Numbered from the stretch's first letter, positions 14,756-29,029 are shown. The stretch is DNA of 64,000 bases from Eledone cirrhosa (GCA_964016885.1 OZ024740.1:61318001-61382000); one strand, 5' to 3'. Translations and numbers: made by a program. Notes: a model not told the origin generated them from the letters alone.

Positions 14756-17654
14756 GGAAAGTTATGAAAAGACAAATTCAGTAATGGGGAGGGGAGATAA
14801 ACCTGTAATTAAGCCATGATATTAGGTTGTTTTAAATAGGGGTTAGGTGGTGATGTAAATTAAAGATATGGTATTTGAAAACAATATAATGACTAATTTA
14901 TAGAATCAGCTAGCTAGGAAATTGTTATCAGTAAATATAATTATAGAGCCTTTCAAAGGAGACTCGGCAGGGATGTAGTGGGAAGTTTGCCATATGTACA
15001 GTAAAGTAATACGTTGCTACTTACAAGCCTAGTGTTTGTAGCGAATTGATAGTAGACTCAGTCAATCGCCCGGTTTAACACCACTATCTGGCGGAGTCCA
15101 TTTTGTTGCAAGCATTCGATCCAAGTCTTCTGTTTGAGGATACCTTCCTCCCCCGTTTCCAATCAGTTTTGAAAGCCCTGAAAAGGTTCGTGGGCACTCC
15201 TCTCTCCTCCTTGACAAAGCCGTAAAAAAAAAAAGAAAGATAAATTATAACAGTGTCACCAGGGTTAAATTTACCTTTTATCTCCACCGAGGGCAATAAA
15301 ATAATTCCAGTAATTTCGTTTATTCTTCCTTTACACCAATTAATATTGTGTTCAAATAAGTAATAAATATGAAAGTTCGGTTTAAGTTTATGAAATAACA
15401 GGCAATAAAATTGAAGTAAATTAAAGTGAAAGGTAACATCCGACAATAAAATCTAACTAGATGAAACGTGCAAGTCTTATCTGAGCCTTTTCTTTTCTCG
15501 GATTCCTTTCTGACAAATAAATCATTTGGAGAATAATTTTCATGAATAAATCATTCAGTTTCTTACTTAAAAATGTCTAACGGCTAAGATTTACAACGAA
15601 CATGAAAGTACCACTTTACATTTTTATTTACTTTCATTTTATGTCCCTAAATCGAAACATCTCTTAATCAAATTATCGACTTACCAGTCGATTGAACAGT
15701 GGCAATGGTTCAAATCTTGCCTCGAGCACAACGTCTCCAGACTCCTATTCTAGATACATATCTTAATAAGGTCACTTGTGACTATAATTAGACAACCAAG
15801 GTACGTTAGAGTGGTTCGTTTCACCGTTGTTTGTGCCCAGTTTCAATCATTTCAGAGGGTAGATGCCTTTCAATTGCTGTGTTTTCAGTTTTCCCACCAC
15901 GAAAGGTAGAGGATTGACAGAATTAGTAGAGCTTCTGATAAAATGTTATTGCGCTATTTGTTCTGGCTCTTTACATTCTGTGTTCAAATCCCACTAAGGT
16001 CAACTTTGCTTTTCATTCTTCCAGAGTCGATAAAATATAGTAACAATGAAGTACTGGGATTGATTTAATCAACTTTTCCCTTCCCACAAAAAATTGTTGG
16101 CCTTGTGGCTAAATTAGAAAGCTATTTTTATCCTACGAACACCAATGTATAACATATTTAACTACCACGCTGACGCTGTAATCCTCATAGGGGAAACAAC
16201 AATTACTTATATTTAGAATTTATGGAAACAGGCAAAATTGGACCAAAGTAACTATGTCTCCAGTGGTCTTTCTATTGCTGATATTTTTATAAATAAAAAG
16301 TTGTATTCTATTAAATTATATAAAGTTTACAATAAGTTGTTTTTAAATTAATTGATAAAGATAAGGGGAAGTAGGAAAGAGTGACAGCCCCTACACACCA
16401 GTCAAGTGGTATATCTCAGTTGCACCGTGCGGACAGAATGACAAAATTATTGCTGAGGAGAACAGTCGATCAAATCCTGGTATTCAGGGCCTTTAAGAGA
16501 AATTTTGCAAGGCGTTACAAGACCCCTTTGGGGCCCGAAGCAGGCAAAGATTTTTCTCAAAATGGTTGTTGCATGGTTGCTGTGGGGCTTTCTTAGCTCT
16601 TAGACCCGGAACAAAGTACCGACTCGACCCCCCTTTCATAGGCCCTGCTCGTTTTTGACGCAACTCCTAGCAGAAACCTCACTGCTTTTCCAGTGATAGA
16701 AGACAGGATTTGAATTCAGGACGCTCACCGGAACAGATACCAATAAGTATCCCATCCGACCCTTTAACAATTTCACCAATACACCGGGCTTTAAATGGTT
16801 CATTATTTATCGACCAGGTAAGGATATAAAGCAATTTTGATCTCGGCAAGATTTGAACTCAGAATTTAGAAAACCAAGACAAATACTGAAAGATTTAACC
16901 CGACGTCCTAACGACTCTGCCAATTCGCTACCATAACATAATTAAATAAAAAGTAATTTTGACCTCGGCAAGATTTGAACTCAGAATGTAGAAGACCAAG
17001 AAAAATACTGAAAGATTTAACCCGAGGTCCTAACGACTCTGCCAAATCGCTACCATAACACGCAATTAAAAGTAAGATTTAAAAAAATAAAGAACGGTAA
17101 ACGGGAGTGGCAAACTCTACACCCTTTGTTGGACATAATGGCAAACGTATTGCCCCGAACCGAAGAACGGCCAGCAATATCTGCCACATCAACGACCATT
17201 CCTCTTCAGGCGTGATGCTCCCATTCATATTTGGCGATAGAAACCGGTAGCCCAGGATCTGGATTGAGGACGCCGGAGGTTTCAACGGCGACTGGGGAAA
17301 AACCAAAAACAGAAAAAAAACACAAAAAACGTTAATGCCTGGAAAGGCTTTGTATGGAATAAATAACTTTATTTTCTAAGACTGGAACACAGACACATCC
17401 AAAGACCTAGTCTTCGGTAATACAGTAGATTTATGGAATTAACGAATCTGATATCTTTTACTGAGTTCCAATTCTGCAAGGTGCCTCGAGGAAACAGATA
17501 AAGCTTTAACTCTTATTCTCTGTATTATTTTGTTTGTATTTTTATTGTTGTTTTCTTTCCCTCGGTTTCAGTCTTTAGACTATGACCATGCTGGTATACT
17601 ACTTCAAGGGTTTAGGTGACCATATCGACTCCTGTATTTACTTTTTTTAAAATC

Positions 17655-17877
17655 AGGCACTTGTATCGACCAGCACCGGTTTTTAAGCTGTGTGTGGCAT
17701 TCGAGACGTTTGGGGGAGTCGGGCCGTTGACTGCGAGGTTCCTTTCCTCACTGACGGCTCGCCTAATAGAGGTGACTGGCGAATCTCGCGAGGGTGCTTG
17801 GCTGTTTCAGCGCATCAGCCACGCCATCACCCGAGGCAACACTGCGAGTGTGTTGGCTTGCCTCAAAAATCATTAGA
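17655..17877 (+). mobile_element. CRE-like non-LTR retrotransposon 3' fragment (REL endonuclease C-terminus)
   Basis: VAFETFGGVGP...GESREGAWLFQRISHAITRGNTASVL matches the ETxG..G / QRxSxAxxRGN motif of CRE-clade elements. Confidence 0.75.
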
Positions 17878-18289
17878 GAGGTTGTTCAGTACTCGCGACG
17901 TTGCTGTCTTTTGCTCTGGTGTTGGCTCGGTTGTTCCCCCTTCCTTTACATTTTCTTTAATATTGTAGCATTGAAGGAATATATCTTTCATTGTATCATC
18001 CTTTGTAGTGTTACCGAGGCATTTGTAAAACATATTTGTTATGTTATTCTACGGTAAATTTATTTATATGTTCTGTTTATATTTTCATTCTGAAGGAATT
18101 GCAAACGATTTGTAATGTTGTTTGTGCAACTATGAAGTATTAATTGTATTATAGGTGTTTATATTTTCATTCTGTAAGAATTATAAACACAAATTAGAAT
18201 GGAAATATATATATATTTTATTTATGGAATATATCAAGTAAATACAGTTTAATAGAAAAAGAAAAAAAAAAGAAAATTTAGATTGAGAA

Positions 18290-18478
18290 AAATGGAATGG
18301 AAAATAGGAAAATATAAAGAAAAATATAAAGAAAAAGGAGAAAAACAAAGAAAAAACAGGAAGGGAATGGAATAGAAGTCTAGTGTCACAGAAGAATGAG
18401 GAGGGGGGGATGACTGGGCTCTGGGCCTAGGTCACGACGGTAAAGGGGCTGCGCCCACGGACATGACCGTAGAAGCAT
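18290..18478 (-). mobile_element. 3' end of CRE-like family seen at 52450-52872
   Basis: GGGCCTAGG..GCTGCGCCC.CGGACA..AAGCATT block and purine-rich flank shared with 52630-52700. Confidence 0.6.
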
Positions 18479-18558
18479 TATATATACATTTTTTAAAACA
18501 AAAATTAAATTCGATAAAAATATTGATTCAGTTTCTTTTTACTTGTGATTATTTCTAT

Positions 18559-18745
18559 GGTGGATTGGCAGTATCGGTAGAGGGTCGGACGCCATGCTTT
18601 CCAGCATAGTTACGTCCCTTTACGATCTGAGTTCAAATCCCGCCGAGGTTGACTTTGCCTTTCATCCTTACGGGGTCGATAAAATAAAGTACCAGTAATG
18701 CACTGGGTAATTGCTGGCCTTGTGCCTAAAGTAGAAACAATTATT
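18559..18745 (+). mobile_element. tRNA-derived SINE, young copy with TSD
   Basis: One substitution relative to 59701-59887; flanked by ATTATTTCTAT on both sides. Confidence 0.93.
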
Positions 18746-18754
18746 TCTATTATA

Positions 18755-19726
18755 TACTAGTAGTGGTACCCGGCGTTGCACGGGATAAGATATTTTGGAA
18801 CGCGGGCCACTAACAGACCTAATCGTGGAAAAACTGCATGCGTGGACAATATGTAAAGAAAATAAGCCGAATACTCTGATGGCTGGATAATCTTTCAGAT
18901 TTTCCTCGATGAAGCAGGAAAAATGCAGGTTTTCACCTAATGCGGGTCCTAGGGGATCAAGAAAATGAATTTTTTTAATGTGCATAATATGCCTTGAAAA
19001 TTCGGGAAAATCGGCTAGAGGTAACGCATCAAAAAAGCTCTAAAAAGCTGAAAAAATGAAGTTTTTCACCTAATGCAGGCCCTAGGCCATAAAAAGTTGG
19101 ATTTTATTTGCTTACGGTATGAAGAAGAGATTGACTAATACATAGTTACAATTTCAAGGAAATTGGTCTGACGTACTGCCTCAAAGAAACACTAAAAAGC
19201 TGAAAAAACGCAGTTTTTCACCTAATGCGGGCCCTAGGAGATCAAAAAGTTGTATTTTTGATGTACATAAAACTCCCTGAAACATAAGTAATACACATGT
19301 AAAATTTGAAAAAAATCGGTTGGGTATTTCTCGAGTTTTAGGGATTCAAACTCACACACACAGACACACACACATCCTCAGGGAAGTGACGTAATGCAGA
19401 CAGTCAAACATACAGACAGATATTATAAGGGCGCGACATTATATGTATGTATCTATCTAAAAAGAGAAAGACTAAGAATTATAGAGAGAGATCGCTAAAT
19501 TGCCTAATGCGGTCCCTAGGGCATTGAAAATTTGAATTTTATTTTTGCTCAGAACATTCCCTGAAACATAAGTATTACATCTGTAAAGTTTGAAAACAGT
19601 CGGTTGTGTGGTTCTCGAGTTTTAGGGATTCCAACTCACACACACACAGACAGACATCCTCAGTTTTATATATTTAGACTAGCAGAAAACCACCCGGTGG
19701 GCGGTTTTCTTCTAGCAAATCTAGTG
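18755..19726 (+). mobile_element. Helentron/DINE-1-like (HINE) non-autonomous element with internal subrepeats
   Basis: 5' ACTAG..ACCCGGCGTTGCACGGG hairpin; four repeats of CCTAATGC.G..CCTAGG (~18931, 19063, 19215, 19503); 3' ACAGACAGAC..TTTTATATAT..ACTAG..CTAGT. Confidence 0.7.
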
Positions 19727-20533
19727 TATATACTGATATTGTTGAGATTTGGATGAGAAATGTTTTCGGCACCACAAGTTCACCGTCTCTCGGTGTGTCT
19801 TTAATGCATGTATAAATATATATATGTTATCTATACGGTGAAATCTTTGAAATAAATATATGTTAAAACGAAAAAGGAGAAAATAAATAACTGGCGGTTA
19901 GAAAAAATATTCCTATGAAATTTTAATCATACCATTAGGTGTGAATAAAGAAATATTTTTTTTATTGTCAAAACAAATGTTCAAAAGTTAAACTTCAATT
20001 TTTTGAATTATTTCCAATTTTTTCATGAAATTGAACACTGGACATTGGCTGCTGGAAATGGAAATTAAATCGTATTTAATTGTATTTAAATTTCTAACCT
20101 TATTTTATTATTTATATTTTTTCAATAAGAAATTAAAAAAAAAACAAAAAAAATTGAAGAAAAAAATTGAACAAATCAAACGTAGGTTATGGAACTGCGC
20201 AATCTGATTAACAAATTACCTCATCAACAGCAACCTTCTTCAAACCACAAATTCAATGGCAACCTTCTTCGCATGGTGTCAAGTCAGAACCGCCTCGAAC
20301 TGGTTACTTCTGGCTTGTGCAAGGTGTCTCTATAGCAACCAGCGATTCCCTCGGCCTCAGTGACCAAAGTCAGTGGAGAGGGGAAGGTAATGTTTCTATA
20401 GCGACAGTGTTTCTCTTGGTAGTACCAAAGTGGAGAAAGGAAGGGGAAGGTAATATTTCTGTAACACCTACATTTGAGTTTTAGGGAAGGACAGACAGAC
20501 AGACAGACAAACAGAGAAATGCCCATATATTTC

Positions 20534-20596
<63 letters not shown>

Positions 20597-20622
20597 CACA
20601 CACAGAAATGTATATATATTTC

Positions 20623-20667
<45 letters not shown>

Positions 20668-20813
20668 CACACACAGAAATGTATATATATTTCTTAGAAC
20701 AAAATTATTATTAATGTTTTGCTGTTCAGAACAATTGGAATTGAAAAATTACTTTTGAAATTATTAGTTATTTTACTAATGCTTAGATATGTAAAAATGA
20801 AGCAATGTTTCTA

Positions 20814-21005
20814 ATAATTGTTTCTACTTTTGGCACAAGGCCAGCAATTACCCAGTACATTACTGGTACTTTATTTTATCGACCCCGTGAGGATGAAAGG
20901 CAAAGTTAACCTCGGCGGTATTTGAACTCAGACCGTAAAGGGACGTAACTCCATGCTATGAAGCATGGTGTCCGACTCTCTACAGATTCTGCCAATCCAC
21001 CGCCC
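20814..21005 (-). mobile_element. tRNA-derived SINE
   Basis: Reverse complement of consensus. Confidence 0.9.
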
Positions 21006-21301
21006 TAATGTCTGTACGTAATGAGGGAGTGAGAGGGGAGAGAAAGAAAGGCAGAGGTGAAGTGACGAAGTGACTCTCCTCCTCCTCCTCCTCCATCTCT
21101 CCATTCGTCACCGCGATAGAGGGGAGGAATGTTAGTGTGTTACAAAGAGAAAGAGTGAGAGTGAGAGAAACAGACAGACTAAAAGAGAGGGATAGCTAGA
21201 GAGAGAGAGAGAGATAGCAACCACGCGCGCACGTGTTTCCACTGTCGGACAGACAGACAGAGAAATTGCTGGTTATATATTATAAGGAGATAAACACATT
21301 A

Positions 21302-21510
21302 AGGGCAGTATCGGTAAAGTCGGACCCCATGCTTTACATCATAAAGTTACGGTCCTTTACGGTCTGAGTTCAAATCCCGCCGAGGTTAACTTTACCTTTC
21401 ATCTTTACGAGGTCGATAAAATAAAGTACCAGTAACGTACTAGGGTCGATTTAATCGATTTTCCCCGCCTCCACAAATTATTGGCATTGTACCTATACTA
21501 GAAATCATTA
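21302..21510 (+). mobile_element. tRNA-derived SINE, long variant
   Basis: Consensus match. Confidence 0.88.
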
Positions 21511-22054
21511 TATACAAACATATTGTATATGCTTTCATATAGAATGTGTTTATTATGTATAAACATGTTTATATGCTTTCATATACGCCTCTATTATGAA
21601 TCACACTATGTTAGTGTTACTGCTAATTTATAGAATTTGTTTGTTTTATTATGTTTTTTTTTTTCGTTTATTTTGGGGTTATGAATTTTCTTTTTTAGTT
21701 TGAGAGGGAGGGGCAGTGCCTATGACGCTTTTCAGGGCCTCAAAGAATGCGAAAGGGAAGAGAAACACTCCAGACTGGAGACTTAGCCTGAATGCTTGTA
21801 ATAGAGTGGAGTCTGCTATAAGTACCCACATTTAGAGGTGGTGGTATTAAACTAGGTAATGGATTAAGTCTACTTCTTAAGTAGAACGCAAAGAACCGGA
21901 ACAAATACCACATGGCATCTCGTCCAACTCTAACAATTTTATCAATTCACAACTCGCAACTGTTACTTTATTTTATCGATCCAGAAACAACGAAAAGTAA
22001 CGTTGAATCCCGCGCAATTTGAATGCAGGGGAAAAAAACCCGCGCAAATAACAA

Positions 22055-22412
22055 ATAATTTTTTCTAACATTGACACAATGTTAGCAATTTGGGGAAAAG
22101 AGCAAAGTCGATTATATCGACTCCAGTACTTAACTGGTACTTTATTTTATCGACCCTGGAAAGATGAACGGCAAAGTTGACCTCGGCAAATAAAAAATAA
22201 TGGTTTCTAATTTAGGCACAAGGTCAGCAATTTTGGGGGAGGGGAAAGTCGATTAACTCGACCCCAGTGCATTACTGGTACTTTGTTTATCGACCCCGTA
22301 AGGATGAAAAGCAAAACTAAACTCGGAGGGATTTGAACTCAGAACGTAAAAGGGCCGTAACTCTATGCAGCCAAACATCTTGATCGACGCTCTACCGATA
22401 CTGCCAATCCAC
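22055..22412 (-). mobile_element. Two tandem SINE copies
   Basis: Reverse-complement matches at ~22055-22190 and ~22197-22412. Confidence 0.85.
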
Positions 22413-22559
22413 CATAAACAATACAAAACACTCTAACAATCGAAAGTATTCGATTTATCAAGTTTAATTTTCAACAAGGAAAACTTTGTATCGTTTGAAA
22501 TTTTGAGTTTCAAAGGCAGTGGCAGTATCGGTAGAGCGTCGGATAAAGATGCTTTATAG

Positions 22560-22770
22560 CAGGCATGTCAGGCTGAGGGTCACATGGGTCACATATGTGT
22601 TGTCTGAGGGCCACACACGAAAACTAACTGCGCACATTACAACTAATTTATTTTTTGTTTTAATATTACAAAGATAAAACATGTTCGCGCTGTAAAAAGC
22701 CTTGTTCTGGCCGCAGGTGTACTTGTAAAGGGCAGCATGGGGCCTGCGGGCTGCATGTTTGACATGCCTG
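22560..22770. mobile_element. hAT MITE inserted inside a SINE (22520-22945)
   Basis: TIR CAGGCATGTCA/TGACATGCCTG; 8-bp TSD CTTTATAG/CTTTAAGG; the SINE resumes after it; second copy at 40714-40904. Confidence 0.88.
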
Positions 22771-23183
22771 CTTTAAGGCATAGAGTTACGGCTCTTTAAA
22801 TTCTCAGTTCAAATCCCGCCAAGATCAACTTTGCCTTTCATCCTTCCAGAGTCGATAAAAGAAAGTGTCAGTAAAGTACTGGGGTCGATTTAATCGACTT
22901 TCCTCTCCCCCAAAATTGCTGGCCTTGTGCCTACATTAAAAACATTTACTAAGTATTTGTATTTACGTTTACACCGCTTAACAACCGGCGTTGTTTATTT
23001 ATATCATTTAAATTAGCAGTTCTACTAATAGAAGTCGATACAAGTACCTTATTTAAAAAAAACACAACAAAAACTGTCTTATATGAATTTATGATAGATG
23101 TTAATTTAATTAACATTCTTAAATTGGAAGTGCTCTATGAGAATGATGTGTGGTCTTGTGCGGATTATTATTATTATTATTAA

Positions 23184-23405
23184 GGGGCGGTGGATTGGCA
23201 GTATAGGTAGAGGGTCGGACGCCATGCTTTGACGCATAGAGTTACGGTCCTTGCCATTGTGAGTTAAAATTCTGCCGAGGTTAACTCTGCCTTTCATCCT
23301 TACGGGGTCGATAAAATAAAGTACCAGTCACGCACTGGGGTCGATTTAATCGACTTATCCCTTCCCCAAAATTGCTGGCCTTGTGCCTATATAAGAAACC
23401 ATTAT
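23184..23405 (+). mobile_element. tRNA-derived SINE, full-length long variant
   Basis: GGCGGTGGATTGGCAGTA..., GTCGATTTAATCGAC palindrome, (ATT)n tail. Confidence 0.92.
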
Positions 23406-24997
23406 TATTATTATTATTATGGTGAATTTGAGGTGGAGTGGGTGCCCTCGAAGCATCGGGTGGTTCAGGATTGGTGGGGTACCTGAATCAACCCCGGGTG
23501 GTTATCCCCCCTATTGGGGAATTTTCATTGTTGTATTTTTCTTGTTTAATGTTATTGTTTTCCTATTTTTCACTCGATTTTTTTGTAAAACCCCCTATAT
23601 GTCGGCCCTTGTGGCCAATAAATGAAATCATTATTATTTTTTTTTTTTTACATATTGAATCAAATAAAATGAAATTAAAATAACACAAATAAATATATCA
23701 TAACATTTAGTCTAATTAAAAACTGAAAATATAAAATTCTACTTTAAGGTGACGGACCATTAATTTTATATGTAATAAATATGAGAGAATGTATTCACTG
23801 GCTTGTTACTATTTAATTGGTAACTGAACTCACAACCTTTATTGAAGAAATCAACATCTGCTGTTCTGTAGTGTCGTTTTATGGATCTGACTAATAATTT
23901 TTTAACAGTATGTTTTCGCTTTCCATTATCATACAACCTGTTTGTTAATTAATAAGAAGCTTCATATAAAATTATATAATACTTATTTGTTAGTATTTCA
24001 CAGCTACAATAAAAATGTATTTTTTATAATTATGATTTTCCAGCTGATAAATAAAAGGTTCGTTCATACATACATACATACATACATACATACATACACA
24101 TGCGCACGCACACACACACACGCACACAAGTATATATCCAAAACGCAGAAAATAATTGCAACCACGGTTGATTGCTATGCTCGTATTTATTCTGGTTCTT
24201 TACATTCTGAGTTCAAATCCCGCCGAGATCAAATTTTCCTTTCACCCTTCAGGGGTCAAAGAATTAAGGTACCAGTCAAATACGGGGTTGATTTACTCAA
24301 CTTTGCGTGGTATTATAACGAGGGCCTTAGCTAGATCAGGTTATAGCAAGAAAATCTCTTGTATCCCTACAAACATTCTTGTAAATCTTATAAAACTATG
24401 AATGTGGCCACTAGTAAGTCTGTCAATAAAAATAAACATGAGAATAAGAAACGGAACGACATTTATAAACTGTCTATCAATAACTATTTTTGTAATGCTA
24501 ATAAGTTAGTTAATCCTAAAACTATCTATGTTAATTACTAGAATAAACACACACCTCAGGTTACGACCCTTCATGTGATCGAAAGTACCTGTGATCGAAG
24601 ACAGTCATGCTCCGATTGAATGTAGATATGATCAATACCATTCAAAAAATGATCAAATATATTCACATTTGATGGCTTTGAAACAATAAACGAACCTGTG
24701 GTTAAAATAATTTAAGCTGTGATCAAACATATCTAGGATCAAACGCTTTCCAAATCCTGATAAAAAATATCTAATATCAAAACATTGAAACCAGAACTAT
24801 AATATCCACTGTTCTCGACCCACTTGATTTTTAAGATGTTGGTGTGAAATTTGAGGGCAATTTGTTGGCTACTTCTAGTAGGTTAAGTGACCACGTATTG
24901 GTTCCCTCAATGATTCAATGTTTATATAGTTTTAATTATGCGCGTATGCATGTATATATGATCGTATGTACGTACGTATGTATGTCTGTATGGCTGT

Positions 24998-25034
<37 letters not shown>

Positions 25035-25970
25035 TATGTATGCTTGTATGCACGCTTGTATGTATGTATGTATGTATGTATGTATGTATGTATCCCAGTA
25101 CAACCTGTCTCATGGTCGGGTCGTTGGCGACTAAACTGGCAACCCTACCAAGGTTTCTTGGTGAGGAGGGTGACTTTGGACATCCCGCAGGACTAAAAAA
25201 AAAACCTGTTAAAGGGCAAAGGCGCTCTTAAGACTCAATAGCCATCCAAAATCACCGGGAGAAATGACCCCTTAGCCTTTGTCAAGGCAGAATTCTAGGA
25301 GAAGGAAAACTCTGATATAACACCTGCAACCTGATGGTATCCAATGATGTTGACTTGTTGTTCTTTTTGGTAAATATCATCTTGGTTAAGAGAGTGGGAC
25401 CTGCTTTGTGCAGTGCCTTTGCTCACTATAAAAGATTCACGGCACAGGCATTGCTTTATATCTGGAGATCTCTCTACACTTGTCGTCACAGGGTACCATG
25501 GGCCCAGCACTATGTGTCAATAATTGTCACAAGTGTAGTGTTTGTACCAGAGTTTTCAAGTCGCTGGCTGGACTAAAAAGTTACACTTGTTCAGCGCATC
25601 GGTAGGGGCTCTCCTACATGGATATAAAGTAGTGGCCGTACTCGAAAACGAGTTGGCAGCCACCATGTATGTATGTATGTATGTATGTATGTATGTATGT
25701 ATGTATGTATGTATGTATGTATGTATGTATGTATTCAAGTATGCATGTATGTACGTATGTAAGTGTGGATGTATGTGCGTATGTGCATCTATGTATGTGC
25801 CTGTATGTATGTGGATATGTGCATGTATGTGTATGCATGTGTAAGTATGTGTTCATGCATGTGTATAAGTCTGTCTGTTTGCGTATGTATGTATACTAGT
25901 ATGTATGTATACTTGTATGTGTATATATGTATGGATAGATGGGTGGGTGAATGTTCATATGTAGTATGTT

Positions 25971-26020
<50 letters not shown>

Positions 26021-26146
26021 TGTGTGTGTGTGTGTGTGTGTACATATATATATATATAGATGTGTGTATGTACTTAGGCATGTACGTATGTATGTATGTA
26101 TGTATGTATGTATGTATGTATGTATGTATGTATGTATGTATGTATG

Positions 26147-26795
26147 TTCTTCTGGTTTTATAATTTGACAAATGTTTACCAATAGAGAGAGTCGGTTTCT
26201 AACATAGACACAAGACTCTCATTGGAATTTACACAACATCAACTAGGTAGAGATGTCTGTATGTCTGCATGTATAGATATGGATGTTATTGTATGTGTGG
26301 ATGTGTATGTTTTGAGTTGTATGTGTGCATGTGTATATGCTTTGTATCTGTACATGTGTATATGCAGTTATTAGATGCAACATTTTTGGAATGTTTTACA
26401 TATTTTTACTGTTCCATTAATGGATTGTACTTGTAATTTCCGAACTAGTTGTGTTCTTTCTGTTCCTGTGAAGCCTAGCTTCTCAAGATTTGTATTGAGG
26501 CAGTTACTAACATACCACAGTGCCCCAATAATCACAGGCATAAATCTGAAGGTGTAGTCAGGGTGGAGTATCTGCAGATTCCTCATCAGTTCTGCATAAA
26601 TATTCCCCTTTTCACTAATCTTTGATATTATATTGGCATCAGCTAGGCAGCTAATTTCCACTACTGTGCATGCCTTCTTTACCCTGTCCCATATCATAAT
26701 ATCTGGTCTGTTATGCCTGCATTTTATTGGGGTTTTTACTTGAACATTCCAGCAGTACTCTTTCATACTATATACATGGATGTCTTCCACATTGC
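26147..26795 (-). mobile_element. R4/Dong-like LINE 3' end (REL endonuclease + 3' UTR + (CATA)n)
   Basis: ORF 26371..26790 HNRPDIMIWDR..VVEISC..K..Y is a PD-(D/E)xK restriction-like endonuclease; flanked by (ATGT)n. Confidence 0.85.
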
Positions 26796-26863
26796 TGTAT
26801 GTATGTATGTATGTATGTATGTATGTATGTATGTATGTATGTATGTATGTATGTATGTATGTA

Positions 26864-26975
<112 letters not shown>

Positions 26976-27069
26976 CGTGTGTGCGTGTGTGTGTGTGTGT
27001 GTGTGTGCGTGTGTGCGTGCGTGCGTGGATCTGTATGTTTTGTCTTTTATGTGTACATGTTTATATGCA

Positions 27070-27717
27070 GTTATTACATGCTGAATTTCTGAAATGTTTT
27101 ACCTATTTTTACGGTTCCATTGGCGGACTGTATTTCTAACTTCCTAACAAGCTGTGCCCTCTCTGGTTCTGTGAAGCCCAGCTTCTCAATACTTTTGCCG
27201 AGGGAGTTAATAACTTATCCCAGAGTCCCAACTATAAGTTAAAAATCTAAAGATGTAGTCAGGGTGGAGTATCTGTAGATTCCCCATTAGTTCAGCATAA
27301 ATGTTTTCCTTTCACTAATCTTTAGCATTTTATTGACATCTGCTGGGCAGTTGATTTTCACATGACATCTTTTCTCTGCATGACATCTTTTCTCTGTCCT
27401 ATATCACTATCTCTGGTCAATTATGTTTGTATTTTATTGGGGTTTTGACTGGAACATTCCACCAGTACTTTTTCATGTTGTCCTCCACTGTAACGTTTAT
27501 GTTTATTCTCAGGGTTATCCTTTGCATTTTATAGTGTTTTGGCTACTACACCATGCCTCATAGATAGTATTATGGTGACATTTTTGGACACCTATTTATG
27601 ATATGGGTGACATCATCGATGCTTATTCCGCATCTGTTGTTACATTTAAGTGTTTTACCTGCATCCCTATCTCTTTTGTGCATCAAGTATTTCTTTGTTA
27701 TTTCATGTTCTTGGATA

Positions 27718-27718
<1 letters not shown>
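27070..27718 (-). mobile_element. Second, diverged R4/Dong-like fragment (zinc knuckle + REL)
   Basis: C..C...DVTHIINRCPKMS zinc knuckle and RH motif; 27075-27480 parallels 26371-26790. Confidence 0.8.
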
Positions 27719-27748
<30 letters not shown>

Positions 27749-28367
27749 TGTATGTATGTACGTAAGTATGTATGGATGGATGGATGGGTGGATGGATGGA
27801 TGGTTGTGTGTATGTATGTATGTATATATGTTTGTTTGTATGTATGAATACATATATGTATACATATATGTATACATGCATTATGTGTATAAATATATTT
27901 GTGTGTATATATACGTCTATGTATATATGCACGTACGTATCTAGGTATGTATTTATGTGTATGTATGTATGTATGTATGTATGTATGTATGAGTAAGTAT
28001 ATGTATGCGTGTATTTATGTATGTAAGTGTATGTCTATAAGTGTCGATGTATGTATGTATTTATGTATGTGTGTGTATACATATATGTATATATGTATGT
28101 ATATATGTGTGTATACATATATGTATATATACATGTATGTGTGTATACGTGCATGTAGGTATATATATTATGCATGTGTAGGAGTATAACTATATTTGTC
28201 TATATACGAGTACACTGTCTGCACATTGGAAGACAATTTGAGCGTTTGTAGCAATTATTCCGGTTTTGAGCTTTCAAATTTTCAATTTCCATCAATATTG
28301 ACTTGGCCTTGCATCCTTCCGAAATCAATAAATAGTACTTGTCACAACATATTGGAGTTGATATTCT

Positions 28368-28417
<50 letters not shown>

Positions 28418-28797
28418 CTCTCACACGCACACACCGAATCAGAATCGATTATACTGCAGCGTGAGTGAACGGCCTTTGCCTAAAAAAAAAAAAAAAAAAA
28501 AAATTGAGTTAGCATTTATTCCCATATAATGGGGGTATAACGACCGTCACACGAGATCAGAGATCACAAGCCTGGACGCATGCCCTTACAAAGGTCATAA
28601 AGCCCTGGCCAGAGGTAAAATGTACTTCCTTGTCGTTGATAATGAGCCCGGGCCTTGTTTGATACTGTTAACTATTTGAATAATCAGTGTTAAATCCACA
28701 CGACCTGTATGTATATACGTATATATATATATGGTTTTATAAATATATTTACGTATATATATATATATGGTTTTATAAATATAGTTTCCATTTGTTA

Positions 28798-28837
<40 letters not shown>

Positions 28838-28840
<3 letters not shown>

Positions 28841-29029
28841 CGAAGGAAATGTGGTAAGGAACCAGGTGGACCATAACGCACCAAAGTACTCAATACTTGA
28901 GGTAGTAGAGTGGGTAATAGGAACCAGTAAGACCCCGACAGCTGAGCTCAAGCCGTTTCGACGGCTATAGTCCAGAATTAGCCGTCGAAACGGCTTGAGC
29001 TCAGCTGTCGGGGTCTTACTGGTTCCTAT
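28838..29029. mobile_element. Fold-back element family B (probable Penelope-type terminus); related partial copy at 35337-35500
   Basis: Perfect 51-bp arms 28917-28967 / 28979-29029 with an 11-nt loop and a one-sided extension, between (TA)n tracts. Confidence 0.75.

Noticed and set aside
18588-18592. FoxN FHL motif GACGC carried by SINE copies (autoregulation idea)
   Set aside because: A 5-mer inside a genome-wide repeat carries no locus-specific information without ChIP data
18559-18650. tRNA genes suggested by A/B boxes
   Set aside because: They are SINE heads: box spacing is too long, there is no cloverleaf, and SINE body and tail follow
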